Assembly (NCBI GenBank): GCA_963816355.1 | Contig: CAWFKH010000006.1 | Coordinates: forward strand, 416,001 to 480,000 | Source of the DNA: an uncultured Gemmatimonadales bacterium | Lineage (GTDB): Bacteria; Gemmatimonadota; Gemmatimonadetes; Longimicrobiales; RSA9 | DNA: 64,000 nucleotides | Reading direction: 5' to 3' | Shown here: positions 46,857 through 55,625 of the stretch, piece after piece | How the letters are laid out: every line of letters begins with the position of its first letter | Numbering within the stretch: the first letter of the stretch is position 1 | The notes under the pieces: model-generated | Told to the model about the DNA's origin: nothing | The model's database searches: none | Seen by the model: the letters and a program-made list of their open reading frames with translations, nothing else | Position numbers and translations under genes: made by a program

Positions 46857-49800
46857 ATGTTCGTCCAACCTAGGGCGACGTTCCGCCATCGCGTCGCCGC
46901 CCGCATCGCCGGCAGAGCCGTGTCCCTTCCCCGCGCGGCGCGCCGCCTGCTCGTCCTCACGTGCGTCGCCGCCGCCGCGACCCCGGCCACCGCCGCCCTC
47001 GCCGGGACGGCCGCCGGCCCGCCGATCCCCGCCGGAAGCGCCACCGCGCCCGCGCCCGCCCTCTACGACACCGCTCTCTTCGCCACGATGCGCTGGCGCG
47101 AGATCGGGCCGGAGCGCGGCGGGCGCTCGCTCGCCATCGCCGGCAGCGCCGCGCGCCCGGACGAGTACTGGTTCGGCGCGGTGGGCGGTGGGCTGTGGAA
47201 GACGACGGACGGTGGCCTGACCTGGAAGCCGATGACGGACGGCCCTCTCGGCAGCTCGAGCGTCGGCGCGGTCGGCGTCGCGGAGTCGAACCCGGACGTC
47301 GTCTACATCGGCATGGGCGAGACGGAGCTGCGCGGCAACGTCCTGCAGGGCGACGGCGTCTACCGCACCGCCGACGCCGGCAAGACGTGGACCCACGTGG
47401 GGCTCGAGGCGACGCAGGCGATCGCGCGCGTGCGCGTCGACCCGACGAACCCGGACCGCGTCTTCGTCGCGGCACTCGGCCACCCGTACGGTCCGAACCC
47501 GGAGCGCGGAGTGTTCCGCACGCTGGACGGCGGCCGCACGTGGAAGAAGGTGCTCTTCGAGTCGGACAGCGCCGGCGCGAACGACCTCGTCATCGACCCG
47601 AGCGACCCGAACACGATCTACGCGGCGTCATGGCAGGTCTACCGCACGCCGTGGAAGATGTGGGGCGGCGGGCCGCACTCGAAGCTGTTCAAGTCGACGG
47701 ACGGCGGCGAGACGTGGACGGACCTCACGTCGAACCCCGGCATGCCGGCACGGCCGATCGGCAAGATCGGCATCACCGTCTCGCCCGCCGACCCGCACCG
47801 GCTCTACGCGATCGTCGAAGCCGGCGAGGGCGGCGTCTTCCGCAGCGACGACGGCGGCGCCACGTGGGCGCGCACCAACGACGAGCGCAAGATCCGCCAG
47901 CGCTCCTTCTACTATTCGCACATCTACGCCGACCCGAAGGATCCGGACGTGGTCTACGCGCTGAACACGTCGCTCTACCGCTCGAAGGACGGCGGCAAGA
48001 CCTTTGACCGGGTCCGCTCCGTGCCGCACGGCGACCAGCACGACCTGTGGATCGCGCCCGACGACCCGCGCCGCCTCGCGAGCGCGAACGACGGCGGCGG
48101 CACGGTCTCGGAGAATGGCGGCGCCACCTGGACGGAGCAGGATTTCCCGACCGCGCAGCTCTACCACATCATCACCACGAGCGACGTCCCCTATCACGTC
48201 TGCGGCGCGCAGCAGGACAACTCGACCGTCTGCGTCCCCAGCGACGACTGGGACTTCATGCAGGCGCGCGGCCCGAACCACGGCTGGTACTACGCCGTCG
48301 GCGGCGGCGAGAGCGGCTACATCGCGCAGTCGCCCACCGACCCGGACATCTTCTACGCCGGCAGCCAGGGCGCGCTGCTCACGCGCTTCGACCGCAGCAA
48401 CGGCCAGATCCGCGACATCCAGCCCTACCCGCGCTTCTTCTCCGGCGAGCCCGCCTCCGCGCTGCCGGAACGCTGGCAGTGGACCTTCCCGATCGTCTTC
48501 TCGCCCGTCGACCACGCGCTCTACACCACCTCGCAGCACGTGTGGAAGAGCACCGACGACGGCCAGACGTGGACGAGGATCAGCCCCGACCTGACGCGCG
48601 CCGACCCGAAGACGCTCGGCCTGTCCGGCGGCCTGATCACGATGGACATGAACGGCCCCGAGATCTACGGCACCGTCTTCTCCCTCGCTCCCTCCCACCA
48701 GGACGCGAGCACGATCTGGGCGGGCAGCGACGACGGCCTCGTCCACATCACCCGCGACGGCGGCGCCCACTGGGCCGATGTCACGCCGCCGGACATGCCG
48801 AAGTACACGCGCGTCGTCGCGATCGACGCCTCGCGCCACGACCCCGCCACCGCCTACGTCGCCGGCACCCTCTATCAACTCGACGACCGCCGCCCCTACA
48901 TCTGGCGCACCCACGACTACGGCCGCACGTGGACGAAGATCGTGAGCGGCATGCGCGACGGCGACATCTCCCGCGTCGTCCGCGAGGACGTCGTGCGGCC
49001 GCGCATGCTCTACGCCGGCACCGAGAACGGCGTCTACGTCTCCTGGGACGACGGCGACCACTGGCAGTTGCTCTCCCTCAACCTGCCGAACACGCAGGTC
49101 GCCGACCTCGTGGTCGAGAAGCACGACCTCGTCGCCGGCACCCACGGGCGTTCCATATGGGTGCTCGACGATATCGATCCGCTGCGCCAGCTCTCGCCCG
49201 CCATCGCCGCCGCCGACGTCCACCTCTTCGCGCCGCACGAGGCGACGCGCGGCGTCGACGACGCCATCCTCCAGTACGCGCTCGCCCGCGCGGCCGACAG
49301 CGTCGCCGTCGAGATCCTCGACGCGGACGGCCGGCTCGTCCGCCGCTTCGTCGGCACGGCGAACGACTCCGCGAACGCGGACGACGACGACGGCGGCTTC
49401 TTCCGGCGCCGCACGCGCCCGCCCACCACCGTCGCCGGGCTGAACCGCTTCGCCTGGGACCTGCGCTATCCGGGCGCGGTCGTCTTCGACAGCATGATCG
49501 TGTGGAGCGCGCGCCCGCAGAACGGGCCGCTGGCGCCGCCCGGCCGCTACGCCGCGCGCCTGATCGTGAACGGCGACGTCACGCACGCGGAGACGCAGCC
49601 GTTCGACGTCGTCATGGACCCGCGTCTGAAGGGCGTGACGGTGGCGGAGCTGCGCGAGCAGTTCGAACTGGCGATGAAGATCCGCGACCGCACCAGCGCC
49701 GCCGACCAGGGCGTCGTCGACATCCGCGACGTCCGCGCCCAGGTCGACGAGCGCCTGGACAGCGCCGCCGCCGCCGCCCTGCGACAACAGGCCCGGCCGC

Positions 49801-50162
49801 TTCTCGACAGCATCGCCGCGATCGAGGCGAATCTGTATCAGGTGAAGAACCGCAGCGGCCAGGACCCGCTCAACTTCCCGATCCGCCTCAACAACCGGCT
49901 CGCCGCGCTGCGTCGCAGCGTCGAGACCGGCGACGCACCGCCGACCGCCGCCGCATACCGCGTCCTCGACGCGCTCTCCGCCGCCCTCGACGCGCAGCTC
50001 GGCGCGCTGCGCGCCATCGTCGAACGGGAACTTCCGGCACTCAACCGCGCCTTCGAGGCACGTGGCCTGCCGCCGGTCGAGATTCCGCGCACGATCGCCG
50101 GCACGAACACGATCAGCACGAGAGACCAGACAACGAGAGGAGCGGGAAATGGGAGGCGGTGA
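46857..50162 (+). CDS. secreted BNR/Asp-box (VPS10/GH74-like) beta-propeller protein, paralog 3
   Basis: WREIGP.RGGRS, Asp-box repeats, PHGDQHDLWI, GAQQDNST, GGGESG, THGRS.W.LDD, C-terminal helical region QDPLNFPIRLNN. Start uncertain. Confidence 0.88.
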   Translation: MFVQPRATFRHRVAARIAGRAVSLPRAARRLLVLTCVAAAATPATAALAGTAAGPPIPAGSATAPAPALYDTALFATMRWREIGPERGGRSLAIAGSAARPDEYWFGAVGGGLWKTTDGGLTWKPMTDGPLGSSSVGAVGVAESNPDVVYIGMGETELRGNVLQGDGVYRTADAGKTWTHVGLEATQAIARVRVDPTNPDRVFVAALGHPYGPNPERGVFRTLDGGRTWKKVLFESDSAGANDLVIDPSDPNTIYAASWQVYRTPWKMWGGGPHSKLFKSTDGGETWTDLTSNPGMPARPIGKIGITVSPADPHRLYAIVEAGEGGVFRSDDGGATWARTNDERKIRQRSFYYSHIYADPKDPDVVYALNTSLYRSKDGGKTFDRVRSVPHGDQHDLWIAPDDPRRLASANDGGGTVSENGGATWTEQDFPTAQLYHIITTSDVPYHVCGAQQDNSTVCVPSDDWDFMQARGPNHGWYYAVGGGESGYIAQSPTDPDIFYAGSQGALLTRFDRSNGQIRDIQPYPRFFSGEPASALPERWQWTFPIVFSPVDHALYTTSQHVWKSTDDGQTWTRISPDLTRADPKTLGLSGGLITMDMNGPEIYGTVFSLAPSHQDASTIWAGSDDGLVHITRDGGAHWADVTPPDMPKYTRVVAIDASRHDPATAYVAGTLYQLDDRRPYIWRTHDYGRTWTKIVSGMRDGDISRVVREDVVRPRMLYAGTENGVYVSWDDGDHWQLLSLNLPNTQVADLVVEKHDLVAGTHGRSIWVLDDIDPLRQLSPAIAAADVHLFAPHEATRGVDDAILQYALARAADSVAVEILDADGRLVRRFVGTANDSANADDDDGGFFRRRTRPPTTVAGLNRFAWDLRYPGAVVFDSMIVWSARPQNGPLAPPGRYAARLIVNGDVTHAETQPFDVVMDPRLKGVTVAELREQFELAMKIRDRTSAADQGVVDIRDVRAQVDERLDSAAAAALRQQARPLLDSIAAIEANLYQVKNRSGQDPLNFPIRLNNRLAALRRSVETGDAPPTAAAYRVLDALSAALDAQLGALRAIVERELPALNRAFEARGLPPVEIPRTIAGTNTISTRDQTTRGAGNGRR

Positions 50163-51705
50163 ACAGGATCTGAAGGGGCCCGACCTGCGCGTCGACGGCG
50201 TCGCCATCGACAGCGTCCGCGAGGGCGAACCGATCCTCGGCCACGTCGACGGCGAAGCGGCGCTCTTCGCGCGCGTCGGCGACGAGCTCTTCTGCGTCGG
50301 CGCCTCGTGCACCCACTATGGCGGCCCCCTCGCCGACGGCCTCCAGGTCGACGACACGATCCGCTGCCCCTGGCACCACGCCTGCTTCAGCCTGCGCACC
50401 GGCGCCATGGAGCGCCCGCCGGCGCTGCACCCGCTGCCGCGCTGGGCGGTCGAGGTGGCGGACGGCGTCGCCCGCGCCGGCGACCGCCTCGAGGCCCCCG
50501 CTACCGCCGAAAAGGCACAGGGAGCGCCCGGCGCCGGCGCCCACCCCTCGTCCGTCGTCGTCGTGGGCGGCGGCGCCGCGGCCGCGCTCGCCGCGCGTAC
50601 GCTCCGCGAGGAGGGCTACGCGGGCCCGATCACGTTGATCTCGGACGACGAGGACGCCCCCTACGACCGCCCCAACGCCTCCAAGGACTTCCTCGCCGGC
50701 AACGCGCCGCTCGAGTGGATGCCGCTCTACCCGGACGAATGGTGGAGCGAGCACGCCGTCCAGGTGCGGCTGCGCAGCCGCGTGAGCCGCATCGAGCCGG
50801 ACGCCCACCGCGTCGTGCTCGACGACGGCGAGGCGGTCGATTACGGCGCGCTCCTCGTCGCCACCGGCGCGGAGCCGATCGCGCTCCGCGACGCCGGCCC
50901 CGCCGCCGACCGCGTGCACTACCTGCGCTCGTGGGCGGACAGCCGCCGCATCGCGGAGGCCGCCGAGGGAGCGAGCTCCGCCGTCGTCGTCGGCTCCAGC
51001 TTCATCGGCATGGAGGTGGCCGCCGCGCTGCGCGCACGCGACGTCGACGTCCACGTCGTCTCGCTCGAGACGCAGCCGATGGCGCGCGTGCTCGGCGAGG
51101 AGCTGGGTGGCTTCGTCCGCCGGCTGCACGAGCGGCGCGGCGTCGCGTTCCACCTCGGTGAAGGGAAGGGCGTCAGCCGCGTGGAGGCCGACGCCGTGGT
51201 GCTGCAGGACGGCGAGCGCATCCCGTGCGACCTCGTCGTCGCGGGGATCGGCGTGCGCCCGCGCGTCGCGCTGCTCGAGGCGGCGGGAGCCGAAGTCGAC
51301 GACGGCGTCCTCGTCGATGCGCGCCTCCGCACCGGCCTGCCGGACGTGTGGGCGGCCGGCGACATCGCGCGCTGGCCGGACCCGCACAGCGGCGAGCGGA
51401 TCCGCGTCGAGCACTGGGTGGTCGCCGAGCGCATGGGCCGCACCGCCGCGCGCAACATGCTGGGCGCGGACGAGCCGTTCGACGCCGTCCCCTTCTTCTG
51501 GAGCGCGCACTACGACGAGGCCTCGATCAACTACGTCGGCCACGCGCGCACCTGGGACCGCGCCGAGGTCGAGGGCGACATCGAGGCGAAGGACGGCCTG
51601 GTGCGCTTCTACAGCGGCGGCGACCTCGCCGCCGTCGCCTCGATCTACCGCGACCGCGAGAGCCTCGAGGCGGAGCTCGCGATGGAGCGCGGCGCGACGC
51701 GCTGA
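50149..51705 (+). CDS. Rieske [2Fe-2S]-FAD oxidoreductase fusion (AIF/ferredoxin-reductase-like)
   Basis: CTHYG..L and CPWHHACF Rieske motifs; VVGGGAA, PYDRP..SK, ATG, GSSFIGMEVA, AAGDIA, RVEHW..A..G, PFFWS. Confidence 0.92.
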   Translation: MGGGEQDLKGPDLRVDGVAIDSVREGEPILGHVDGEAALFARVGDELFCVGASCTHYGGPLADGLQVDDTIRCPWHHACFSLRTGAMERPPALHPLPRWAVEVADGVARAGDRLEAPATAEKAQGAPGAGAHPSSVVVVGGGAAAALAARTLREEGYAGPITLISDDEDAPYDRPNASKDFLAGNAPLEWMPLYPDEWWSEHAVQVRLRSRVSRIEPDAHRVVLDDGEAVDYGALLVATGAEPIALRDAGPAADRVHYLRSWADSRRIAEAAEGASSAVVVGSSFIGMEVAAALRARDVDVHVVSLETQPMARVLGEELGGFVRRLHERRGVAFHLGEGKGVSRVEADAVVLQDGERIPCDLVVAGIGVRPRVALLEAAGAEVDDGVLVDARLRTGLPDVWAAGDIARWPDPHSGERIRVEHWVVAERMGRTAARNMLGADEPFDAVPFFWSAHYDEASINYVGHARTWDRAEVEGDIEAKDGLVRFYSGGDLAAVASIYRDRESLEAELAMERGATR

Positions 51706-51709
51706 GGCG

Positions 51710-52672
51710 TCAGCTCGCGCGCGCCGGCTCGGCCGACGCCTCCGCCACGTGCGTCAGCCAGCCGTGCGTGTCGGGCGCCTCGCCGTGCACTCGGTCCATG
51801 AACGCACGCTGCAGGCGCAGCGTGATGGGGCCGGCGCCGTCGCCGCCCCCGACCGCCACGCGGTCGACGCTGCGGATCGGCGTGACCTCCGCCGCCGTGC
51901 CGGTGAAGAAGAGCTCGTCCGCCGCGTAGAGGTTCTCGCGCGGCACCGGCTGTTCCCGCGTCGGGATGTCCATCTCGCGCGCCAGCGTGAGGATCGCGTC
52001 GCGCGTGATGCCGGCCAGGGAGGTGCCGTCGAGGACCGGCGTGATCAGGGTCCCGTCCCGGACGAGGAAGAGGTTCTGCCCGCTGCCCTCGCTCACCAGC
52101 CCGCTCGGCCCCAGGGCGATCCCCTCCGCGTAGCCGTTCGCCGCCGCCTCCATCTTGATGAGCTGGGCGTTGACGTAGTGGCCCGCCGCCTTCGCCGCCA
52201 CGGGGAAGGTATTCGGGTGCGCCCGCTGCCAGCTCGACACGCACACGTCCACGCCCCGCTCCAGCGCGCCCTCGCCCAGATAGGTGCCCCACGGCCACGC
52301 CGCCACGTACGTCTCGATCGGACTGAGGGACGGGAAGAGCCCCGCGTCGCCGTAGCCGCGCAGCACCATCGGCCGGATGTAGCAGGACTTCAGGCCGTTG
52401 CGCGCGACGACGTCGCAGCACGCACGCTGCAGCGCCGCCGCCGAGTGGGCGGGCACCATGCGGTACGTCCGGCACGAATCGAAGAGGCGCCGAATGTGCG
52501 CGTCGAGCCGGAAGATCGCCGGGCCGCGCGGCGTCTCGTACGCCCGGATCCCCTCGAAGAGCGAGGAGCCGAACTGCACCGCGAGGCTGAGCAGGTGCAC
52601 CGTGGCGTCGTGCCAGGCCACCATCTCGCCGTCCTTCCAGATCCACTCCGCCTCGACGATGCCCGCCGCCAT
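51710..52672 (-). CDS. ilvE: branched-chain amino acid aminotransferase
   Basis: FEGIRAY, FRLD.H..RL..S, YIRP, WGTYLG, PLP-Lys AKAAGHY, SEGSGQNLF, L.GITR, ADE.FFTGTAAEVTPI. Confidence 0.92.
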   Translation of the reverse strand: MAAGIVEAEWIWKDGEMVAWHDATVHLLSLAVQFGSSLFEGIRAYETPRGPAIFRLDAHIRRLFDSCRTYRMVPAHSAAALQRACCDVVARNGLKSCYIRPMVLRGYGDAGLFPSLSPIETYVAAWPWGTYLGEGALERGVDVCVSSWQRAHPNTFPVAAKAAGHYVNAQLIKMEAAANGYAEGIALGPSGLVSEGSGQNLFLVRDGTLITPVLDGTSLAGITRDAILTLAREMDIPTREQPVPRENLYAADELFFTGTAAEVTPIRSVDRVAVGGGDGAGPITLRLQRAFMDRVHGEAPDTHGWLTHVAEASAEPARAS

Positions 52673-52716
52673 GGTTCGCTCCGCATGAAGGGTCTTCGAA
52701 AAAGTGGCCCCCGCCG

Positions 52717-53505
52717 CTACACCAGCGACCGGATCCAGCCGCCGTCGACCGCCAGCGACGCGGCCGTGATGAAGCTCGCGCGCTCCGAGGCGAGGAAGGC
52801 GACGGCCGCCGCGAGCTCGCGGGGCTCGCCCAGCCGGCCCATCGGCGTCTCGGCCCTCCACCGGTCGAACGCGCTCCCGCCCCCACCGCCGCCCTCGTCG
52901 CCGGCTTCCGCCAACTCCTCCAGCCGCCGCGTCCGCGTGTAGCCGGGCAGGACGCAGTTCACGGTGACTCCGTCGGCGGCGACCTCGTTCGCCAGCGTCC
53001 GCGCGAAGCCGGTCACCGCCGCGCGCAGGCTGTTCGACAGCATCAGCCCGTGCACGGGCTGCTTCACCGTGATCGACGTGATGTGGACGATGCGGCCCCA
53101 GCCGCGCTCGCGCATCCCCGGCAGGAAACGGCCGGTGAGCCCCACCGCGCTTTCCAGCAGCAGCCGCTCCGCGCGCCGCCAGTCCTCCAGCGACAGCTCC
53201 TCGAACGACGCCGCCGGCGGGCCGCCCGTGTTGTTCACCAGGATGTCGACGCGGCCGAACGCCTCGAGCGTGGCGTCCGCCGCCCGCGCCACACCCGCCT
53301 CGGTCGCCAGGTCGGCCGCGACGGCGATCACCTCCACGCCGGTCTCGCCGGCGATGGCGTCGCGCGCCTCCGCGAGCGTCGCCTCGCGCCGCGCGCACAG
53401 CGCCAGCCGCGCGCCCTCCCGCGCCAGCTCCTCCGCCACGGCCCGCCCCAGCCCCTGACTCGAGCCGCCGACGAACGCGACCTTCTCCTTCAACCCCAGA
53501 TCCAT
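52717..53505 (-). CDS. SDR family oxidoreductase
   Basis: MDLGL..K, GSSQGLG, DILVNNTGGPP, SNSLRAAV, VN.VLPG...T.R, GRLG.P.E, VDGG. Confidence 0.92.
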   Translation of the reverse strand: MDLGLKEKVAFVGGSSQGLGRAVAEELAREGARLALCARREATLAEARDAIAGETGVEVIAVAADLATEAGVARAADATLEAFGRVDILVNNTGGPPAASFEELSLEDWRRAERLLLESAVGLTGRFLPGMRERGWGRIVHITSITVKQPVHGLMLSNSLRAAVTGFARTLANEVAADGVTVNCVLPGYTRTRRLEELAEAGDEGGGGGGSAFDRWRAETPMGRLGEPRELAAAVAFLASERASFITAASLAVDGGWIRSLV

Positions 53506-53567
53506 CGAACCCCCCACGTTGCGGCCACGCGGCGCGCGCCCGCCTTCTGCGGCTGCGGCGCGCCGCG

Positions 53568-53936
53568 CTACTTCGTGTGGAAGTACGTGTCGCTGCCGTC
53601 CAGCCAGTCGCTCCGCGGCGGGCTGAAGACGTCCACGTCCAGCGTGTCCTCCAGCGCTTCCGCCTTGTGCGGCACGTTCGAGGGGATGTGCAGCACCTCC
53701 CCCGCCCGTACCACGATCTCCTCCTCACCGTCCTCGCCGATCCAGAACCGCAGCGCCCCCTCCAGGATGTAGGTGAGCTGCTCGTTCTCGTGCGCGTGCT
53801 TCGGGACGACGCAGCCCCGGTCCAGATACACGTGCGCCAGCATCATCCGTTCGCCCGTCACCAGCCGCCGCTGAAGCTGGTCCGTCACCCGCTCCTTCGG
53901 CATGTCCTCCCACCGGAAGTGCCGAACCGTGCTCAT
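53568..53936 (-). CDS. cupin domain protein
   Basis: VP.H.HENEQ..YIL.G, G....IP.NVPH, DVFSPPR.DW; ATG after AGGAG. Confidence 0.9.
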   Translation of the reverse strand: MSTVRHFRWEDMPKERVTDQLQRRLVTGERMMLAHVYLDRGCVVPKHAHENEQLTYILEGALRFWIGEDGEEEIVVRAGEVLHIPSNVPHKAEALEDTLDVDVFSPPRSDWLDGSDTYFHTK

Positions 53937-54058
53937 CGCCTCGCTCCTGTTCAAAGTCGGACCGGTAATTGGGCCGGCGAGGCGGCGCCACGCAAGAGAC
54001 GGCAGACTCCTTGCACCTGGCCGCTCCGCGGACACACAACTCGCACCGGAGACACGGC

Positions 54059-54643
54059 ATGCGCTCTGCCCCCCCGATGGCGGCGGGGTTCGCGGTCCTC
54101 GCCCTCCTCGCGGCTGCTTCGTCGGCATCGCTCCACGCCCAGCTGCGCCCCGGCGTCGGCCTCGGCGGAGGCGCGGGAATCGCGGCCGGCGGCATCAGCG
54201 ACGTCGTCGACCCGGGCTTCAGCGTCGACGCACGCCTCACCCTGCGAGGCCTGGAGGCTCCGCTCGGCCTCCGCTTCGACGTCGGATACGAAGAGATGCC
54301 CAGCCGCGCCGGCGCGGACCTCATGCAGCTCTCCCTCACCGCCGCCGCCGTCCTCCACCTGCGCCAGACCGGACTGCTTTCGCCCTACATCGCCCTCGGT
54401 GGCGGCATCTACGGCGACCGCTGGAGCCTCGACACTACCGACGCACCCCTCGATGCGATGTCCTTCGGCCACCGCGCCGGCCTCGGAGTCCACTGGACCA
54501 CACACCCGGGGCTTACCGCCGCCTTCGGCTTCGATCTCCCGATCCGCTCGGGCCGCTTCTTCGCCGAGGGGCGCCTGCACTACGTGCTCACCCCCGGGCG
54601 TCGCATCACCACCCTCCCGATCGGCGTCGGCGTCTCCTTCTGA
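54059..54643 (+). CDS. outer-membrane beta-barrel protein (8-stranded OmpA-TM-like), paralog 1
   Basis: Signal peptide (LHA-Q), PLGLR.D, PY...G.GIY, F.E.RLH, terminal Phe. Confidence 0.8.
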   Translation: MRSAPPMAAGFAVLALLAAASSASLHAQLRPGVGLGGGAGIAAGGISDVVDPGFSVDARLTLRGLEAPLGLRFDVGYEEMPSRAGADLMQLSLTAAAVLHLRQTGLLSPYIALGGGIYGDRWSLDTTDAPLDAMSFGHRAGLGVHWTTHPGLTAAFGFDLPIRSGRFFAEGRLHYVLTPGRRITTLPIGVGVSF

Positions 54644-54680
54644 CTGCCCCGGAGAAGGTCGCTTTGCCGCGAATCGCCCC

Positions 54681-54818
54681 CCGCGCCCACCGCGCCCTCC
54701 GCGTGAAACATTCAGGAACCAGGCTCTGCCGCGCACGTTCGGAATCGCCGCTGCGCCACTTCGCGGTGCGCTTTCACGTTCGAACAGTTGTTTCACGCGG
54801 AGGCCGCGGGGGTCGCGG
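54681..54818. repeat. 30-bp inverted repeat (27/30 match) around a 78-nt spacer
   Basis: ccgcgcccaccgcgccctccgcgtgaaaca (54681-54710) versus tgtttcacgcggaggccgcgggggtcgcgg (54789-54818). Confidence 0.9.
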
Positions 54819-54982
54819 AGAGGTCGCCGGCGCGCCATCCGTTTCGGCAATGGGCGAGGTTCTTGCAACCGTCGGCGTCGCCGGACGGCCGGCGCACTCT
54901 CCCTCAAGCTTCGACAACGCAAGGTATTACGGCTCTGCCGCCCGGTACGGACACGACGATCATCGCAGATGGAGGAGATAGG

Positions 54983-55534
54983 ATGCAGAAGCGCATACGA
55001 ATGATGGGCTCGATGGCCACGCTGCTGCTGCTGGCTACGGCGGGCGGCGCTCGCGCGCAGGCGAAGTTCGGCGTCGCCGGCGGCGTCACGTTCCCCAACG
55101 GGGACCTGTCGAACAGCGTCAATTCCGGCTTCCACGTGCAGGCGAACCTGGACCTGCGGCCCGCACGCTTCCCCCTCGGTCTGCGGATCGACGGCGGCTT
55201 CGCGCAGCTCCCGTTCAAGGGCCCGTCGGACCTCAAGCTGCAGCAGCTTTACGGGACGCTGGACGGCAAGCTGGTGATGCAGACGGAGGGGCTCGCGCCG
55301 TACCTGATCGCCGGCGTCGGCATCTACGGTGACCGCGCGAGCGGCGGCATCTTCGACAACGGCGTGAGCTTGATGGACGACAGCTGGCAGGCGCATTTCG
55401 GAGTGAACGGGGGCGTGGGGCTGCGGCTGCCGCTCTCGAACATCAACGTCTTCGTGGAGACGCGCCTGCACGACGTCTTCGTCGAAGGTCCGAACCTGCA
55501 GACGGTCCCGGTGACGTTCGGCATCGTGTTCTGA
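54983..55534 (+). CDS. outer-membrane beta-barrel protein, paralog 2
   Basis: ATG after GGAGGAG, signal peptide (ARA-Q), PLGLRIDG, PYLIAGVGIYGDR, FVETRLH, terminal Phe. Confidence 0.82.
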   Translation: MQKRIRMMGSMATLLLLATAGGARAQAKFGVAGGVTFPNGDLSNSVNSGFHVQANLDLRPARFPLGLRIDGGFAQLPFKGPSDLKLQQLYGTLDGKLVMQTEGLAPYLIAGVGIYGDRASGGIFDNGVSLMDDSWQAHFGVNGGVGLRLPLSNINVFVETRLHDVFVEGPNLQTVPVTFGIVF

Positions 55535-55625
55535 GGAAGGCGGGCGCGTCCCGGCCGATCCAGCCCGGCGAACCCGGACACTCCGGGGGCCCGGTCGGGG
55601 CGCGGCCCTTCAGGGGCCGTGGCGC

